DNA from: Candidatus Latescibacterota bacterium
GTDB lineage: Bacteria > Latescibacterota > UBA2968 > UBA8231
Assembly (NCBI GenBank): GCA_965215195.1
Contig: CBDCDC010000002.1
Span: forward strand, 2,976,001-3,040,000
Direction of reading: 5' to 3'
DNA: 64,000 nucleotides
The notes under the pieces were generated by a model, which worked only from the letters and a program-made list of their open reading frames with translations, did not search any database and was not told the origin of the DNA. Shown here piece by piece: positions 19,157-28,925 of this stretch; position 1 is the first letter of the stretch; each line of letters opens with the position of its first letter. The position numbers and the translations under genes were made by a program.

Positions 19157-21160
19157 ATGCTGACTATGGAAAACCCCGAGAAAGGCCGTTTTGCCGTGCT
19201 GAAGAAGACCGCCCCCCTGCTCGTCTTTCTATTGCTAGGGGCGGCCTGTTCCCAAGACCCCGATGGCGACTCCTTAGAAAAGCACCTCCGCCTCACCCGC
19301 CAAAACCCCACTGCGCCCCCGGCGTACTACAACTTGGCCGTGGCCTATGTGCAAGCCGGCCGCTACGACGAGGCCCAGCGCAACTACGCCAAAGCCCTCG
19401 ACCTCGATCCAAACTACGCCCTTGCCCACGACGGTTTGGGGCTTTTGGCCCAGCGGCGCGGCGCCTTGGACGAGGCGGCCGCCCACTTTCAAAGAGCCAT
19501 TGACCTCGACTCCACCTTGGCTGCGGCGAGCAATAATCTGGGCAACGTCCACTATCAAAATGGCGACTTGGAACAAGCGGCCGCCGCGTATGAAGCAGCC
19601 GTGCGCCAAGCCCCAGAGCACCTCGCGTTCTCCGTCAATCTCGCCCGCGCCCTGCGCGATCGGGGAGAATTCGACCAAGCGGTGGCCGTCCTGTTGCGGG
19701 CCGTCGATCGCGACCCATTTTCGCGGGAAGTCCACGCGGCCTTGGGCCATCTCTACGCCGAAAATTTTCGCGTTGAAGCCGCGGTCGCCGCCTACGGCGA
19801 AGCCCTCCGCATCGCGCCCAGTGCCGACCTCCACATTCGCTTGGGGGATGTCTATGCCCGCGCTGAAAAATTGGATGAGGCGATCCGCGAGTACGCAAGC
19901 GCCATGGAATTGGACCGGGACAATGCCGAAGTTAGCTACAAGTTGGGGGCCATCTACGCCAGCTATCAGCGCATCCCCGAAGCCGTGGCCTTGGCCGAAA
20001 AAGCCGTCGCACTTGATTCGACCCAGACGGCGGCGTGGCAGCTCTTGGCGCGGCTGTACGCCAACCAAGGCCTGTACGACCAGGCCGAAAGGGCACTGCT
20101 GCAAGCTATTGAAACGGATCCCAACCTGATGGAAGCCCGCAGCGAACTGGGTGCCCTCTACATCCGCCAAACCCAGTACCAAAAGGCCGAAGCTGTCCTG
20201 AAAGAAGCCGTGGCCATGGATCCGCAGCACGGCGAATCTTGGCGTCAATTGGGCCTGCTCTATGGCGACTTGAAGCGCCCCGAGGAAGCGGCCAAGATGC
20301 TGCGCCAAGTTCTCGCAATTAATCCCTTGCACCCGGAAGCCCTCTACAACTTAGCCCATGTCCTCCGAGCTCTTGGCCGAGCGACTGAGGCCGAGCGCCT
20401 GCAAAACCGCTTTGAACAACTCGCCCGTCTCCACAACCACATCGACCAGCTACAGCACACCCTCGACGCCGCCCCGGCCAACGCCGAAGTCCGCTTGCGT
20501 CTGGCGCGTGCGTACCTCGCGCTCCGGCAGTGGAAAAAGGCCGAAGCCCAGTACCGCTTTCTGCTCTCCTCTGCGCCCACCCATTTGGAGGCGCGTCTCC
20601 AGCTAAGCGGCCTCTACGCCCAGCGCGGCAACTTCGCCAGCGCGCTGCGGGTGTGCCAAGAGGCCCTAGCACACAGCCCCCCGGACTCGGCCCTTTATAA
20701 AATTTACTTTACACTCGGTCATCTCTACCACGCACAGGGCCGCGTCGAGGAGGCCGAGGCTGCTTTAGAGCGTACCTTGGCGCTAGCGCCGGCCCATGCC
20801 CAAGCCTATAACAATCTGGGCAATGTTTACCTAGAAAAGAACGATCTCCAACAGGCGACAACAGCCTACCAAAAGGCACTTGAGGTAGCGCCCAACTTTG
20901 CCGAGGCCCACTACAATCTGGGCCGCCTCTACGCCCAACAGAAGGCCCGTGCCAAGGCCGTGCGCCAGTACCAAGCCGCCCTGCGGGCGGATTCTACCTA
21001 CGCCAGAGCGCATTATGCACTTGGCGTTCTCTACCAAGAGGCGGCGCAACCCGGCCGAGCCATTCGCGCGTACAAGCGTTTTCTCGCGCAGTGGCGGGGC
21101 GACCCCCGCCTAACCCAATCCGCCCAAGAGGCATTGGCGCGGCTTGCCGCTTCCCAGTAG
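19157..21160 (+). CDS. TPR-repeat lipoprotein
   Basis: Lipobox LGAAC, many TPR units (YYNLAVAY, AYNNLGNVY, AHYNLGRLY). Confidence 0.9.
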   Translation: MLTMENPEKGRFAVLKKTAPLLVFLLLGAACSQDPDGDSLEKHLRLTRQNPTAPPAYYNLAVAYVQAGRYDEAQRNYAKALDLDPNYALAHDGLGLLAQRRGALDEAAAHFQRAIDLDSTLAAASNNLGNVHYQNGDLEQAAAAYEAAVRQAPEHLAFSVNLARALRDRGEFDQAVAVLLRAVDRDPFSREVHAALGHLYAENFRVEAAVAAYGEALRIAPSADLHIRLGDVYARAEKLDEAIREYASAMELDRDNAEVSYKLGAIYASYQRIPEAVALAEKAVALDSTQTAAWQLLARLYANQGLYDQAERALLQAIETDPNLMEARSELGALYIRQTQYQKAEAVLKEAVAMDPQHGESWRQLGLLYGDLKRPEEAAKMLRQVLAINPLHPEALYNLAHVLRALGRATEAERLQNRFEQLARLHNHIDQLQHTLDAAPANAEVRLRLARAYLALRQWKKAEAQYRFLLSSAPTHLEARLQLSGLYAQRGNFASALRVCQEALAHSPPDSALYKIYFTLGHLYHAQGRVEEAEAALERTLALAPAHAQAYNNLGNVYLEKNDLQQATTAYQKALEVAPNFAEAHYNLGRLYAQQKARAKAVRQYQAALRADSTYARAHYALGVLYQEAAQPGRAIRAYKRFLAQWRGDPRLTQSAQEALARLAASQ

Positions 21161-21291
21161 ACTAGTCCGGTGGTAGCGCACCATGGAGGGAGACGGTATT
21201 CTCCACTCTTCCCCGTTGACGCTGTTCTATCGCGTTCAGTACTTTCACTACACCGCCCAGAACTTTCACCACACTCCTAGAGGAGAATGCC

Positions 21292-21510
21292 ATGCCGACC
21301 CCCCCTTCGACTCCCGAAGAACGCCTAGCGAGGCTCGAAGGCGTTTACGATCATCTGGCGACCAAAGCCGATATTGCCCGAGTGGAGGGCAAAATGTCTG
21401 AACTTGAAGCAGCACTCAAAGCCGAATTGTACAGGGGCTTGAACCGCAACCTTTACATCACGATAGGAGCGGTCGCCGCCGCGGTGACGCTGATGAAATA
21501 TCTGCCATGA
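21292..21510 (+). CDS. Small coiled-coil protein with C-terminal TM helix (DUF1640-like)
   Basis: ERLARLEG..HLATKADIA motif, hydrophobic C-terminus, RBS. Confidence 0.8.
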   Translation: MPTPPSTPEERLARLEGVYDHLATKADIARVEGKMSELEAALKAELYRGLNRNLYITIGAVAAAVTLMKYLP

Positions 21511-21597
21511 CGACCCCCCCGTTGACGCTGTTCTATCGCGTTCAGTACTTTCACTACACCGCCCAGAACTTTCACCACACCCCTAGAGGAGAATGCC

Positions 21598-21837
21598 ATG
21601 ACGACCCCCCCTTTGACTCCCGAAGAACGCTTGGCGAGGCTCGAAGGCGTTTACGATCATCTGGCGACTAAGGCCGATATTGCCCGAGTGGAGGGCAAAA
21701 TGTCTGAACTTGAAGCAGCACTCAAAGGCGATATTGCCGAACTCAAAGCCGAATTGTACAAGGGTTTGAACCGCAACCTTTACATCACGATAGGAGCGGT
21801 CGCCGCCGCAGTGACGCTGATGAAATATCTGCCATGA
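21598..21837 (+). CDS. DUF1640-like paralog with one extra heptad (GDIAELK)
   Basis: Near-identical to 21292..21510 plus a 21-bp in-frame insertion. Confidence 0.8.
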   Translation: MTTPPLTPEERLARLEGVYDHLATKADIARVEGKMSELEAALKGDIAELKAELYKGLNRNLYITIGAVAAAVTLMKYLP

Positions 21838-21953
21838 CCGCCAGCCACTAATCGCGGGTCCCCGTCCAGACAGACGTCGGCCTTGGGGCGGACGATGGAA
21901 GCGATGAGGACGAAAGGAAAAATTCGGGAGAAATGCCTGAATGGTGCGTAACA

Positions 21954-24176
21954 TCACTTATGTAGATGGTGCTCGGCCCGTTTTGGCGCTCCAGCGTCGA
22001 ACTTAAAAGAGGGCAACGCTAAAATCTCCAGCCGGTCGCGTCCCTCAGTGACCCGGATGATCGCGTTCAGCGGCACCTCATCGAACACCTGCTCTGCGCC
22101 ACTTTGCGGCCAAAAAACCACCAGCCGCGCCGCTCGCTCGGCCGAACCCAACCCCACGTACTGACGCAGCGGATTGCCGCCAAAACTGCCGCCGCTACCC
22201 ACCCACCGGTACAGCGACCGCTCTTGGCCCTGCTCCACCACATCTACCCGTAGCCGCGTCCCGATTCCCGACCGATTCGACGCCACCCCCACCACCTCAA
22301 TTGCCAGCCAGCCGCGTCCAAACCCCGGATTCTCGTATAACACATCGGCGAACCCGTCGCCGCGATAGGCCCCGCCCATCTGCTCGAATAGGTCTAAATC
22401 GCCATCGTGGTCCACATCGGCAAATGCGACCCCATGGCCCTTTTGCAGATGCCCCAACCCGCTGGCAAAAGTAACATCGACAACGCGCTGACCCGCTTGG
22501 TTCCAATACAGCACATTGGGCATCAGCTCGGCGTAATCGGTATCGCCGGTGCCCAAGTAGAAATCCAAAAATCCATCGCTGTCCACATCGCCGAAATTGG
22601 CCCCCATAGGTTTGGTCGGCTGCGCGAGCTGGAGGTCTTGGGACACGTCCGCAAAGCCGCCTTGGCCATCGCCGCGATACAGCCGCGCCTGCTCCACGGC
22701 CACCGAGTGGCCCATGTACGCGGCCGCGATGTCGGCGACGGTGGCCGAGTACGCGGCGACGAACAGGTCGAGGTGACCGTCGTTGTCAAAGTCCCAGAAC
22801 CAGGCCGGGAAGCTGGCCCGAGGAGCGACGACGCCGGCGTCGGGAGCTACATCGGCGAAGGTGCCGTCGCCTTGGTTGCGGTAGAGTCGGTTGGGCTGCC
22901 CGAGGTTGGACACGTATAGATCGGGCCAGCGGTCCTGGTCGTAGTCGCCCCAGACGACCGCCTTGGCGTGGGCGTATTGATCAACGCCGGCGTCGGGTGC
23001 CAGATCGTTGAAGGTGCCGTCGCCTTGGTTTTGAAAGAGCTGGCTGGGGGCTACAAAGGTGTCGGTGGTTTCGTTGCCGATGTAGAGGTCGAGGTCGCCG
23101 TCGAGGTCGTAGTCGCCCCAGGCAGCGGTTTGGGTGGGGTAGTGGTCTTGCCCTAAGCCGGCGGCAAAGGTCGCGTCGAGAAAGGTGCCATCGCCCGCGT
23201 TCCGCAGCAGGGAATTGGGGTGCTGGCCGTGTTCGCCAAACCAAGCCCCGCGCAGGACCAGCAGGTCGAGGTGGCCGTCGTTGTCAAAGTCGGCTTGCAC
23301 CAAGTTGAGTCCACCCAACAGCCCGTTGAGGTTGGCCGCCTCGGTGCGGTCCGCAAAGGTGCCGTCCGCCTCGTTGCGAAAAAAGCGCAGTTGTCCGGCT
23401 AAGTCCGATGTCGAGACGAAGAAATCGAGGTATCCGTCGCCGTCGAAGTCGTCGGCCACGGCCCCGCCAGAGAGGCTGAAGGTGTCCAGTCCGAGGGCAG
23501 GTGCCACATTGACCCAGCGCGGAAACGCTGCTTGGGACTCAAAGGCTTTGGGGGGAATCCGGTGAGCGGGCGGCACGGCCTCGGGATACTGCCCCAAGGT
23601 CATATAGGCGATGTTGAGCAGCCAGCGGGCGCTCAGGTGCAGACGCTCCTCTGCGGCGGTGCGATCGAGCACGGCTTGGAAATAGGGGATGGCTTGGCGC
23701 GATCCTTCGGGAAGGGTGTGGACGCCGCCGGGGCGAATGGGCAGGATGCAGTGGTCGGCGTTGGGGTTGAGGACGCAGTTTTGGGTCTCCCCCAAGCGCA
23801 GCCACGCCAGCCCGAGGCGAAAGCGGATTTCATTGACGACCTCAGAGGGGACTGAGTGTTGGGCCGCGACCATCTCTTCGGCCGCGGCGAGATGGTCTAG
23901 GGCGCGGCGTTCCCGTCCCAAGAAAAGTTCGGCGATCCCGAGGCGAAAGTGGAGACGGATGCGATCTTGGGCGGGGGCTGCATCGGGCAGGGCCTGCAAC
24001 TGGTCTTCTAGCTGTCGCAGCCGACCTTCGCCCTGATAGGGATTGTCGTCGAGGTTTTGCTCGCGAATTTCCCGCAAGAGGGCCACCATTTTTCGATGGC
24101 TTTCCTCTTGCGGGAGCGAGGCGGCGTAGCCGTCCGAAATCGCCAAGAAGAATAAAAAGGGGAGTAAATAAGGCAT
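21954..24176 (-). CDS. CRTAC1-family protein with TPR-like N-terminal region
   Basis: LRLGETQNC..HCILPI, ARWLLNIAYMTLG, FG-GAP repeats, GGSFGGNPLRQYVGLG. Confidence 0.9.
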   Translation of the reverse strand: MPYLLPFLFFLAISDGYAASLPQEESHRKMVALLREIREQNLDDNPYQGEGRLRQLEDQLQALPDAAPAQDRIRLHFRLGIAELFLGRERRALDHLAAAEEMVAAQHSVPSEVVNEIRFRLGLAWLRLGETQNCVLNPNADHCILPIRPGGVHTLPEGSRQAIPYFQAVLDRTAAEERLHLSARWLLNIAYMTLGQYPEAVPPAHRIPPKAFESQAAFPRWVNVAPALGLDTFSLSGGAVADDFDGDGYLDFFVSTSDLAGQLRFFRNEADGTFADRTEAANLNGLLGGLNLVQADFDNDGHLDLLVLRGAWFGEHGQHPNSLLRNAGDGTFLDATFAAGLGQDHYPTQTAAWGDYDLDGDLDLYIGNETTDTFVAPSQLFQNQGDGTFNDLAPDAGVDQYAHAKAVVWGDYDQDRWPDLYVSNLGQPNRLYRNQGDGTFADVAPDAGVVAPRASFPAWFWDFDNDGHLDLFVAAYSATVADIAAAYMGHSVAVEQARLYRGDGQGGFADVSQDLQLAQPTKPMGANFGDVDSDGFLDFYLGTGDTDYAELMPNVLYWNQAGQRVVDVTFASGLGHLQKGHGVAFADVDHDGDLDLFEQMGGAYRGDGFADVLYENPGFGRGWLAIEVVGVASNRSGIGTRLRVDVVEQGQERSLYRWVGSGGSFGGNPLRQYVGLGSAERAARLVVFWPQSGAEQVFDEVPLNAIIRVTEGRDRLEILALPSFKFDAGAPKRAEHHLHK

Positions 24177-24342
24177 GATCCGAGGGGAGTGAGCTCAGCC
24201 GAGCCGTCTTGCGTATTCGTCGTGCTTGCCAATCCACACCCAGATCAGCATAGCCTTAATTAACAATTTAGGCTTGCAACTAACTGATGTTGCACAGCAT
24301 TGAGGTGTTGGAGCTGCTCAATCCACTAGGTCGTGCGGCGAC

Positions 24343-26100
24343 TTACCGATCCCACGGAAATGCAAATGTCGGCCCGTTGGCATACCTGCTCATGCCGATC
24401 TCTAGGGTCTCCCCGGCCCCTGGCGCTAGCTCCACTGCAAAGGCCAAATCATCTATCGCGGTTTCTTTCCCCCCCACGCGCACGCTCGTAAACTGGTGCT
24501 CGGCATAGGCACCGCCTTGCACGATCACTTCGCGCCCGGCCACCGGGTCTGTGTTGACCAGCGTCAGCGTCATTGAGTCGGCCCCTAGCCGCTCCACCAG
24601 CGCACCCACGCCCTCGGGCATCCCCGCCCGCCCGGCCTGCGGATCGAAATAGCGCACCCGGCAGTGCAGGGGCGAGCCGTGGCGCGGCGTCAACCCGCCC
24701 AACATGAGCTGGGTCAGTCCGCCCGGGATGGCCGGGTTGAATGGGTTGGGATTGTCCGAAAGCCGGGTGTCTGGCGTAGTCGGGTCGCGGCGCACCTTGT
24801 CCATCTGCGCGCGCAGGCGGGCAAAGTCGGCCTGTAGCGCGGCTTCCGGGTAGGTGGAATCGCGTCCCTCCAAGAAGCCGAACCAGCCGCTGTCCGCGTT
24901 TAGCCGGCTCAGATCGGCCCGGTCCATCGACCAGTAGTACACCTCTTGCGCTCCCTGCGCGTAGTGGCCCGGCCGAAATTCGTACCAGCCCTCGTCCCCG
25001 TACATCTGCGGATACATCATCTGCCCGTCAATTTCTTTGCCATTGGCGTTGATTTTGTCGATCATCTGCCGCCACACAGCGACGAATTTCTGCTCGCCTG
25101 ACAGCAACAGGGCGTTGCCAAAACCCGAAATCCCCAACCCGTGCGTATTGCGGCTGGCCAGCTCCCCGGTCTGGGGCACCTCAACCGTAAAGGCCCAGCC
25201 GTAACACCCCCCGTACCACTTGCCGCCGCACTCACCGCCGATGGTCCCGTCAAGTCCGATATTGGTGGGAATGATCCCGTCGTTGGCTAGCGTCCGTTGC
25301 CGCCAAGCCTCGACGTATTCGAGCACCCAGTCCTTGTACTGGTCCTCGCCCGTCAGAGCGTACGCGTTCAGCCCCAAGGCCGTCGCCACCATGTTCTGCG
25401 GATGATCGCCGACGATGTCGGTGTAGTCTTTGAAGTGGGCCAGCATCTCCTCGAAGTTGCGTTCCCCGTGCAGGGGTATAAAGCGCTCCTGCACCTCGTC
25501 GAGTGGGTCGCCGGCCCAGTCGAGTGCGGTGGCCTTGCGCAGCAGCGGCCCGCGGCTGCCGTTGAACAGACTCTTGATGATTTTGCGTTCGGGGTCGTAG
25601 TTGGGTGCCTGTGGGTCGCAGCCCATGTAAAATCCGGCGTAGCGCCGCACCCGCTGCTCAAATGCCCGCTCGCGTGGGTTCATCAATCCGTGCAGGTTGA
25701 ACGTCGTCAGCCCTTCCCCGTTGTGGACCCAGTCGAACATCACGGGGAACTCTCGGTAGTACATCCCGTCGCGCGTAAAGGGCACCTCGGTGGTCTTGGC
25801 CTCGGTGTATTGCTTGAGATGCCCCTCCCAAGCCAACTGACACATGTCGTACAAATGGGGCCCGCCTCCCAGCACGTAGAGCACCGGCCAGTGGACCAGA
25901 TTCTCAATGGCGTCGTCCGGCCCGTCGTTGCCACCCCAACGCGGGATGCACTCTAAATACCCCCGCTCGTCGAAGTACTTGGCGAAAAATTCCGCGCATC
26001 CCCTAGTTTGCGCCCGAATCAGTTCCCACTCCAGCAGCGCCCAAGCGGGCGGCGGCATTGGCCGGTCAATGGCAATGGCGCGGGGATTTAGATAGCTCAT
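24343..26100 (-). CDS. Conserved hypothetical cytoplasmic protein (possible alpha/alpha-barrel enzyme)
   Basis: 585 aa, host-like codon use, AAGGAG RBS, WGGNDGPDDAIEN and DWVHNGEG motifs. Function not recognised. Confidence 0.7.
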   Translation of the reverse strand: MSYLNPRAIAIDRPMPPPAWALLEWELIRAQTRGCAEFFAKYFDERGYLECIPRWGGNDGPDDAIENLVHWPVLYVLGGGPHLYDMCQLAWEGHLKQYTEAKTTEVPFTRDGMYYREFPVMFDWVHNGEGLTTFNLHGLMNPRERAFEQRVRRYAGFYMGCDPQAPNYDPERKIIKSLFNGSRGPLLRKATALDWAGDPLDEVQERFIPLHGERNFEEMLAHFKDYTDIVGDHPQNMVATALGLNAYALTGEDQYKDWVLEYVEAWRQRTLANDGIIPTNIGLDGTIGGECGGKWYGGCYGWAFTVEVPQTGELASRNTHGLGISGFGNALLLSGEQKFVAVWRQMIDKINANGKEIDGQMMYPQMYGDEGWYEFRPGHYAQGAQEVYYWSMDRADLSRLNADSGWFGFLEGRDSTYPEAALQADFARLRAQMDKVRRDPTTPDTRLSDNPNPFNPAIPGGLTQLMLGGLTPRHGSPLHCRVRYFDPQAGRAGMPEGVGALVERLGADSMTLTLVNTDPVAGREVIVQGGAYAEHQFTSVRVGGKETAIDDLAFAVELAPGAGETLEIGMSRYANGPTFAFPWDR

Positions 26101-26197
26101 GGAGCACTCCTTTTTGGCTTGCAGCCGATGATGCGAACCCCGTTTATATAAGAACCTGTCTCAGCGGCGGCAAGCCCTCTAAAGCGCGATCAAAACC

Positions 26198-26941
26198 ATG
26201 ACGCAACCGCCCTATCCCCAGCACCTCAACCCCAAGCTGACGCCCGCAATCGCCGAGGATGTGGCCTTCTTCCGCAAGTGGGGCTACCTCGTGGTCGAAG
26301 ACGCCATCACCGCGGCGCAGGTCGCCGCCCTGCGCACGGCCCTCGATGCGGCCTTTGCCCGCGGGAGCGGCGAGCAGTTTATCCACCAGCTCCTCGAAGA
26401 GGACGCGGCCTTTGCCTTCCTGCTCGACAATCCGCCCGTGCTGGAGAGGATGCAAGCGATTTTGGGCACCTGCGTCCAGCTCCACAGCGCCACCGCCCGC
26501 GTCACCGCGCCGGGGCAGGACGACCAGAACTGGCACCGCGACGTGCCCTGGCCGGTCGATCCCGATGGCACGCCCTACGGGGCGTTGCCCGGCCAGATCA
26601 ACTGCGGCTACTACTTGGACGAATTGGACGAGGACAACGGGGCCATCGTCATCGTCCCCGGCAGCCACCGCGCCCCCTTCCGCCCGCCGGCCGGCCATCC
26701 GCGCTTCCCCGAAGAGAAGTGGATCTTTGCCCGCCCGGGTCAGGCGGTGATGTTCGACGGCTGTCTTTATCACCGCGGCGCGGCCAACCGTTCGCCGGTG
26801 TGCCGCCGCGTCTGCCTGATGTGCTACCAGACCGCTTGGATGAAATCCCGCGAGCCTTTCGACGGCCCTTTCGCCCAGAAGGTCCGCGCCACGGGCACTG
26901 ACCAGCAGAAAATGCTGATGGGTGCCATCGAAAAATGGTAA
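26198..26941 (+). CDS. Phytanoyl-CoA dioxygenase (PhyH) family Fe/2OG enzyme
   Basis: GYLVVED, WHRD, NGAIVIVPGSH, HRGAAN..RR. Confidence 0.9.
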   Translation: MTQPPYPQHLNPKLTPAIAEDVAFFRKWGYLVVEDAITAAQVAALRTALDAAFARGSGEQFIHQLLEEDAAFAFLLDNPPVLERMQAILGTCVQLHSATARVTAPGQDDQNWHRDVPWPVDPDGTPYGALPGQINCGYYLDELDEDNGAIVIVPGSHRAPFRPPAGHPRFPEEKWIFARPGQAVMFDGCLYHRGAANRSPVCRRVCLMCYQTAWMKSREPFDGPFAQKVRATGTDQQKMLMGAIEKW

Positions 26942-26955
26942 GGAGGAACCAACCC

Positions 26956-27813
26956 ATGTTGACCACCGCACAAATCGAACACTACCAAACCGAAGGGTAC
27001 GTTGCTGTCCCCGGCTTCCTCAGCGCCGAAGAGATCGCCGTCTTCCTGCGCGAGATGGACGCGGTCAGTGCCGGCAATACGCTCGCCAACCACGATGCCA
27101 CCCGCATGGAGATGGAGCCTAACCAGCCTCCCGACGGTACGCAGGTCCGCCGCCTGTACGAGCCTTGCAGCCACTACGAGGTCTTCCGGGCGTTCTCCGA
27201 GTCGGAGCGCCTCCTCGACGCGGTTGAGGCCCTGCTCGGCCCGGACTTGGTCTTCCACTACAGCAAGATCAACATGAAACCGGCCGGCGTTGGCTCACCC
27301 GTTGAGTGGCACCAAGACCTTTCCTACTATCCGCTGACCCATCGCGGCTCGGTGAGTATTCTCTTTTACCTCGACGACGCCACCGTTAAAAACGGCTGCT
27401 TGCAAGTCATCCCCCGCCGCCATCGCAGTGACCTGCTGTCGCACAGCACTGACGGCTTTTTTCAGGGCCGGGTTACGGAAGCGGTCGATCAATCGCTGGC
27501 CGTGCCGATCCCCGGCGCAGCGGGCGCAGTCATCTTCATGCATGCGATGACCCCTCATGCTTCCATCGCCAATGTCTCGGACAAGCCGCGCCGCACCCTG
27601 ATCCTCAGCTACCGCGTCGCCGATGCCTTCCCGATTTACACCGGCGAGATGACCTACAAGACCGAGGCCAATGCGCGTCTAGTGCGCGGTCGGATCCCGC
27701 ACACAGCGCGTTTCGATGGCCGCTCCTTTCCCATTCCGCTGTACAAGGACGCCATTTCCTCGCTCTACGATTTGCAGGAGCGCTCGCGCCAAGGGGAGAT
27801 GGTGGCCGGTTAG
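26956..27813 (+). CDS. PhyH family dioxygenase
   Basis: WHQD, NGCLQVIP, HASIAN..RR. AGGAGG RBS before ATG 26956. Confidence 0.9.
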   Translation: MLTTAQIEHYQTEGYVAVPGFLSAEEIAVFLREMDAVSAGNTLANHDATRMEMEPNQPPDGTQVRRLYEPCSHYEVFRAFSESERLLDAVEALLGPDLVFHYSKINMKPAGVGSPVEWHQDLSYYPLTHRGSVSILFYLDDATVKNGCLQVIPRRHRSDLLSHSTDGFFQGRVTEAVDQSLAVPIPGAAGAVIFMHAMTPHASIANVSDKPRRTLILSYRVADAFPIYTGEMTYKTEANARLVRGRIPHTARFDGRSFPIPLYKDAISSLYDLQERSRQGEMVAG

Positions 27814-27933
27814 AAAATCGCGATTCGCGATTAAACTTTGGGGAACAATGCAGACGCAAGAGTGAGATTTTGCAGAAATTCAATATAATTCAACTTTGGC
27901 GAAAAACTTCGCCGCAACCAAATAGGAAAAGAC

Positions 27934-28587
27934 ATGCAGCGTTTTATTCTGCTCACGTGCCTGACGGCTTTTGTAATGACCTCGCCAGCGTTCGCCCAGC
28001 AAATGGAAGATGTCGTTCACTTAAAAAATGGCGGACTCATTCGCGGGATTATAATTGAGCAAATTCCGGGCGAATCGCTGAAGATAAAGACGCGAGACGG
28101 GAACGTGTTCGTCTATGCGATGGATGAGGTTGCCAAGATGTCCAAGGAACCTGTGATGGGGATGCGAGGGCATATTGGGGCTAAAAAGAAAAATCCTTGG
28201 ATAGCTTTTGGCCTATCGGCTCTAATTACTGGAGGTGGACAATTCTATAATGGACAGCACGGCAAAGGAGCGGCTCAATTAGGCGGAGTTATCCTAGGTA
28301 TCGGACTTATGAGCAGTGCTTTTGAGGATGATTATGAAAATAGATACGGTGCCCTAGTTGATCCTGATGATGATGATGGAAAAGGTGCCTTCGGGTTTTT
28401 GCTTTGTTTCGGCAGCTATATATGGTCAATAGTTGATGCGCCCATCTCTGCCAACAGCATCAATTGGCAAAGTCAGCGACCTTCGTACGGACATCTGATT
28501 GAGCTTGGCGGCAGCCGAGCTACGCTTGGTGTCGATCCGGTCGTTTCGCACAACAATCTGGGGACTAGACTGACGCTCCATTTTTAG
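27934..28587 (+). CDS. Exported membrane protein (DUF5683/P13-like)
   Basis: Signal peptide, DVVHLKNG..IRGIIIEQ, KNPWIAFGLSALITGGGQFYNGQ, ends LTLHF. More AT-rich than neighbours. Confidence 0.7.
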   Translation: MQRFILLTCLTAFVMTSPAFAQQMEDVVHLKNGGLIRGIIIEQIPGESLKIKTRDGNVFVYAMDEVAKMSKEPVMGMRGHIGAKKKNPWIAFGLSALITGGGQFYNGQHGKGAAQLGGVILGIGLMSSAFEDDYENRYGALVDPDDDDGKGAFGFLLCFGSYIWSIVDAPISANSINWQSQRPSYGHLIELGGSRATLGVDPVVSHNNLGTRLTLHF

Positions 28588-28670
28588 TTCGCTTTGGAAT
28601 CCTGTCCCGCCGTTGGCATGTTGGCATTTCACGTCGAGACCGGATAAATTATTCGCAGGAGAAATGCGAT

Positions 28671-28913
28671 ATGGACACGTCCCTCATTGACCTGACATTT
28701 GTTCCCGAGCTGTTGCGTTTGCCCTATTCACAAGTTTGGAGCGACTATGATGAAGGGGCCGACGTATTGTATCTGAGCTTTGAAAAACCTCAGTGCGCCA
28801 ATGACAGCGCGATGGAAGAGGACGGGAATATCTACCACTACCGCGACAGCCGCCTTGTCGGCATTACGCTCCCCAATGCTCGAACTCGCTTTCAACAGAA
28901 CTCCTCACAATAG
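28671..28913 (+). CDS. DUF2283-like small protein (TA-associated)
   Basis: YDEGADVLYLSF...LVGIT motif, AGGAG RBS. Confidence 0.8.
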   Translation: MDTSLIDLTFVPELLRLPYSQVWSDYDEGADVLYLSFEKPQCANDSAMEEDGNIYHYRDSRLVGITLPNARTRFQQNSSQ

Positions 28914-28925
28914 GAGCAGCACGTC

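Larger units (their letters stand above)
21211..21837 (+). repeat. Tandem duplication (306-bp period) of promoter + small gene
   Basis: CCCCGTTGACGCTGTTCTATCGCG... starts at 21211 and again at 21517. Each unit has TTGACG-N18-TACTTT and an AGGAG RBS. Confidence 0.95.

Noticed and set aside
21211-21837. DGR template/variable repeat or CRISPR array
   Set aside because: Differences are not adenine-specific, there is no reverse transcriptase or cas gene, and the units are whole genes.
21173-21952. Possible TIRs (GTAGCGCACCAT / ATGGTGCGTAAC) around the tandem cassette
   Set aside because: Only 10/12 match and no TSD is evident, so it may be chance.
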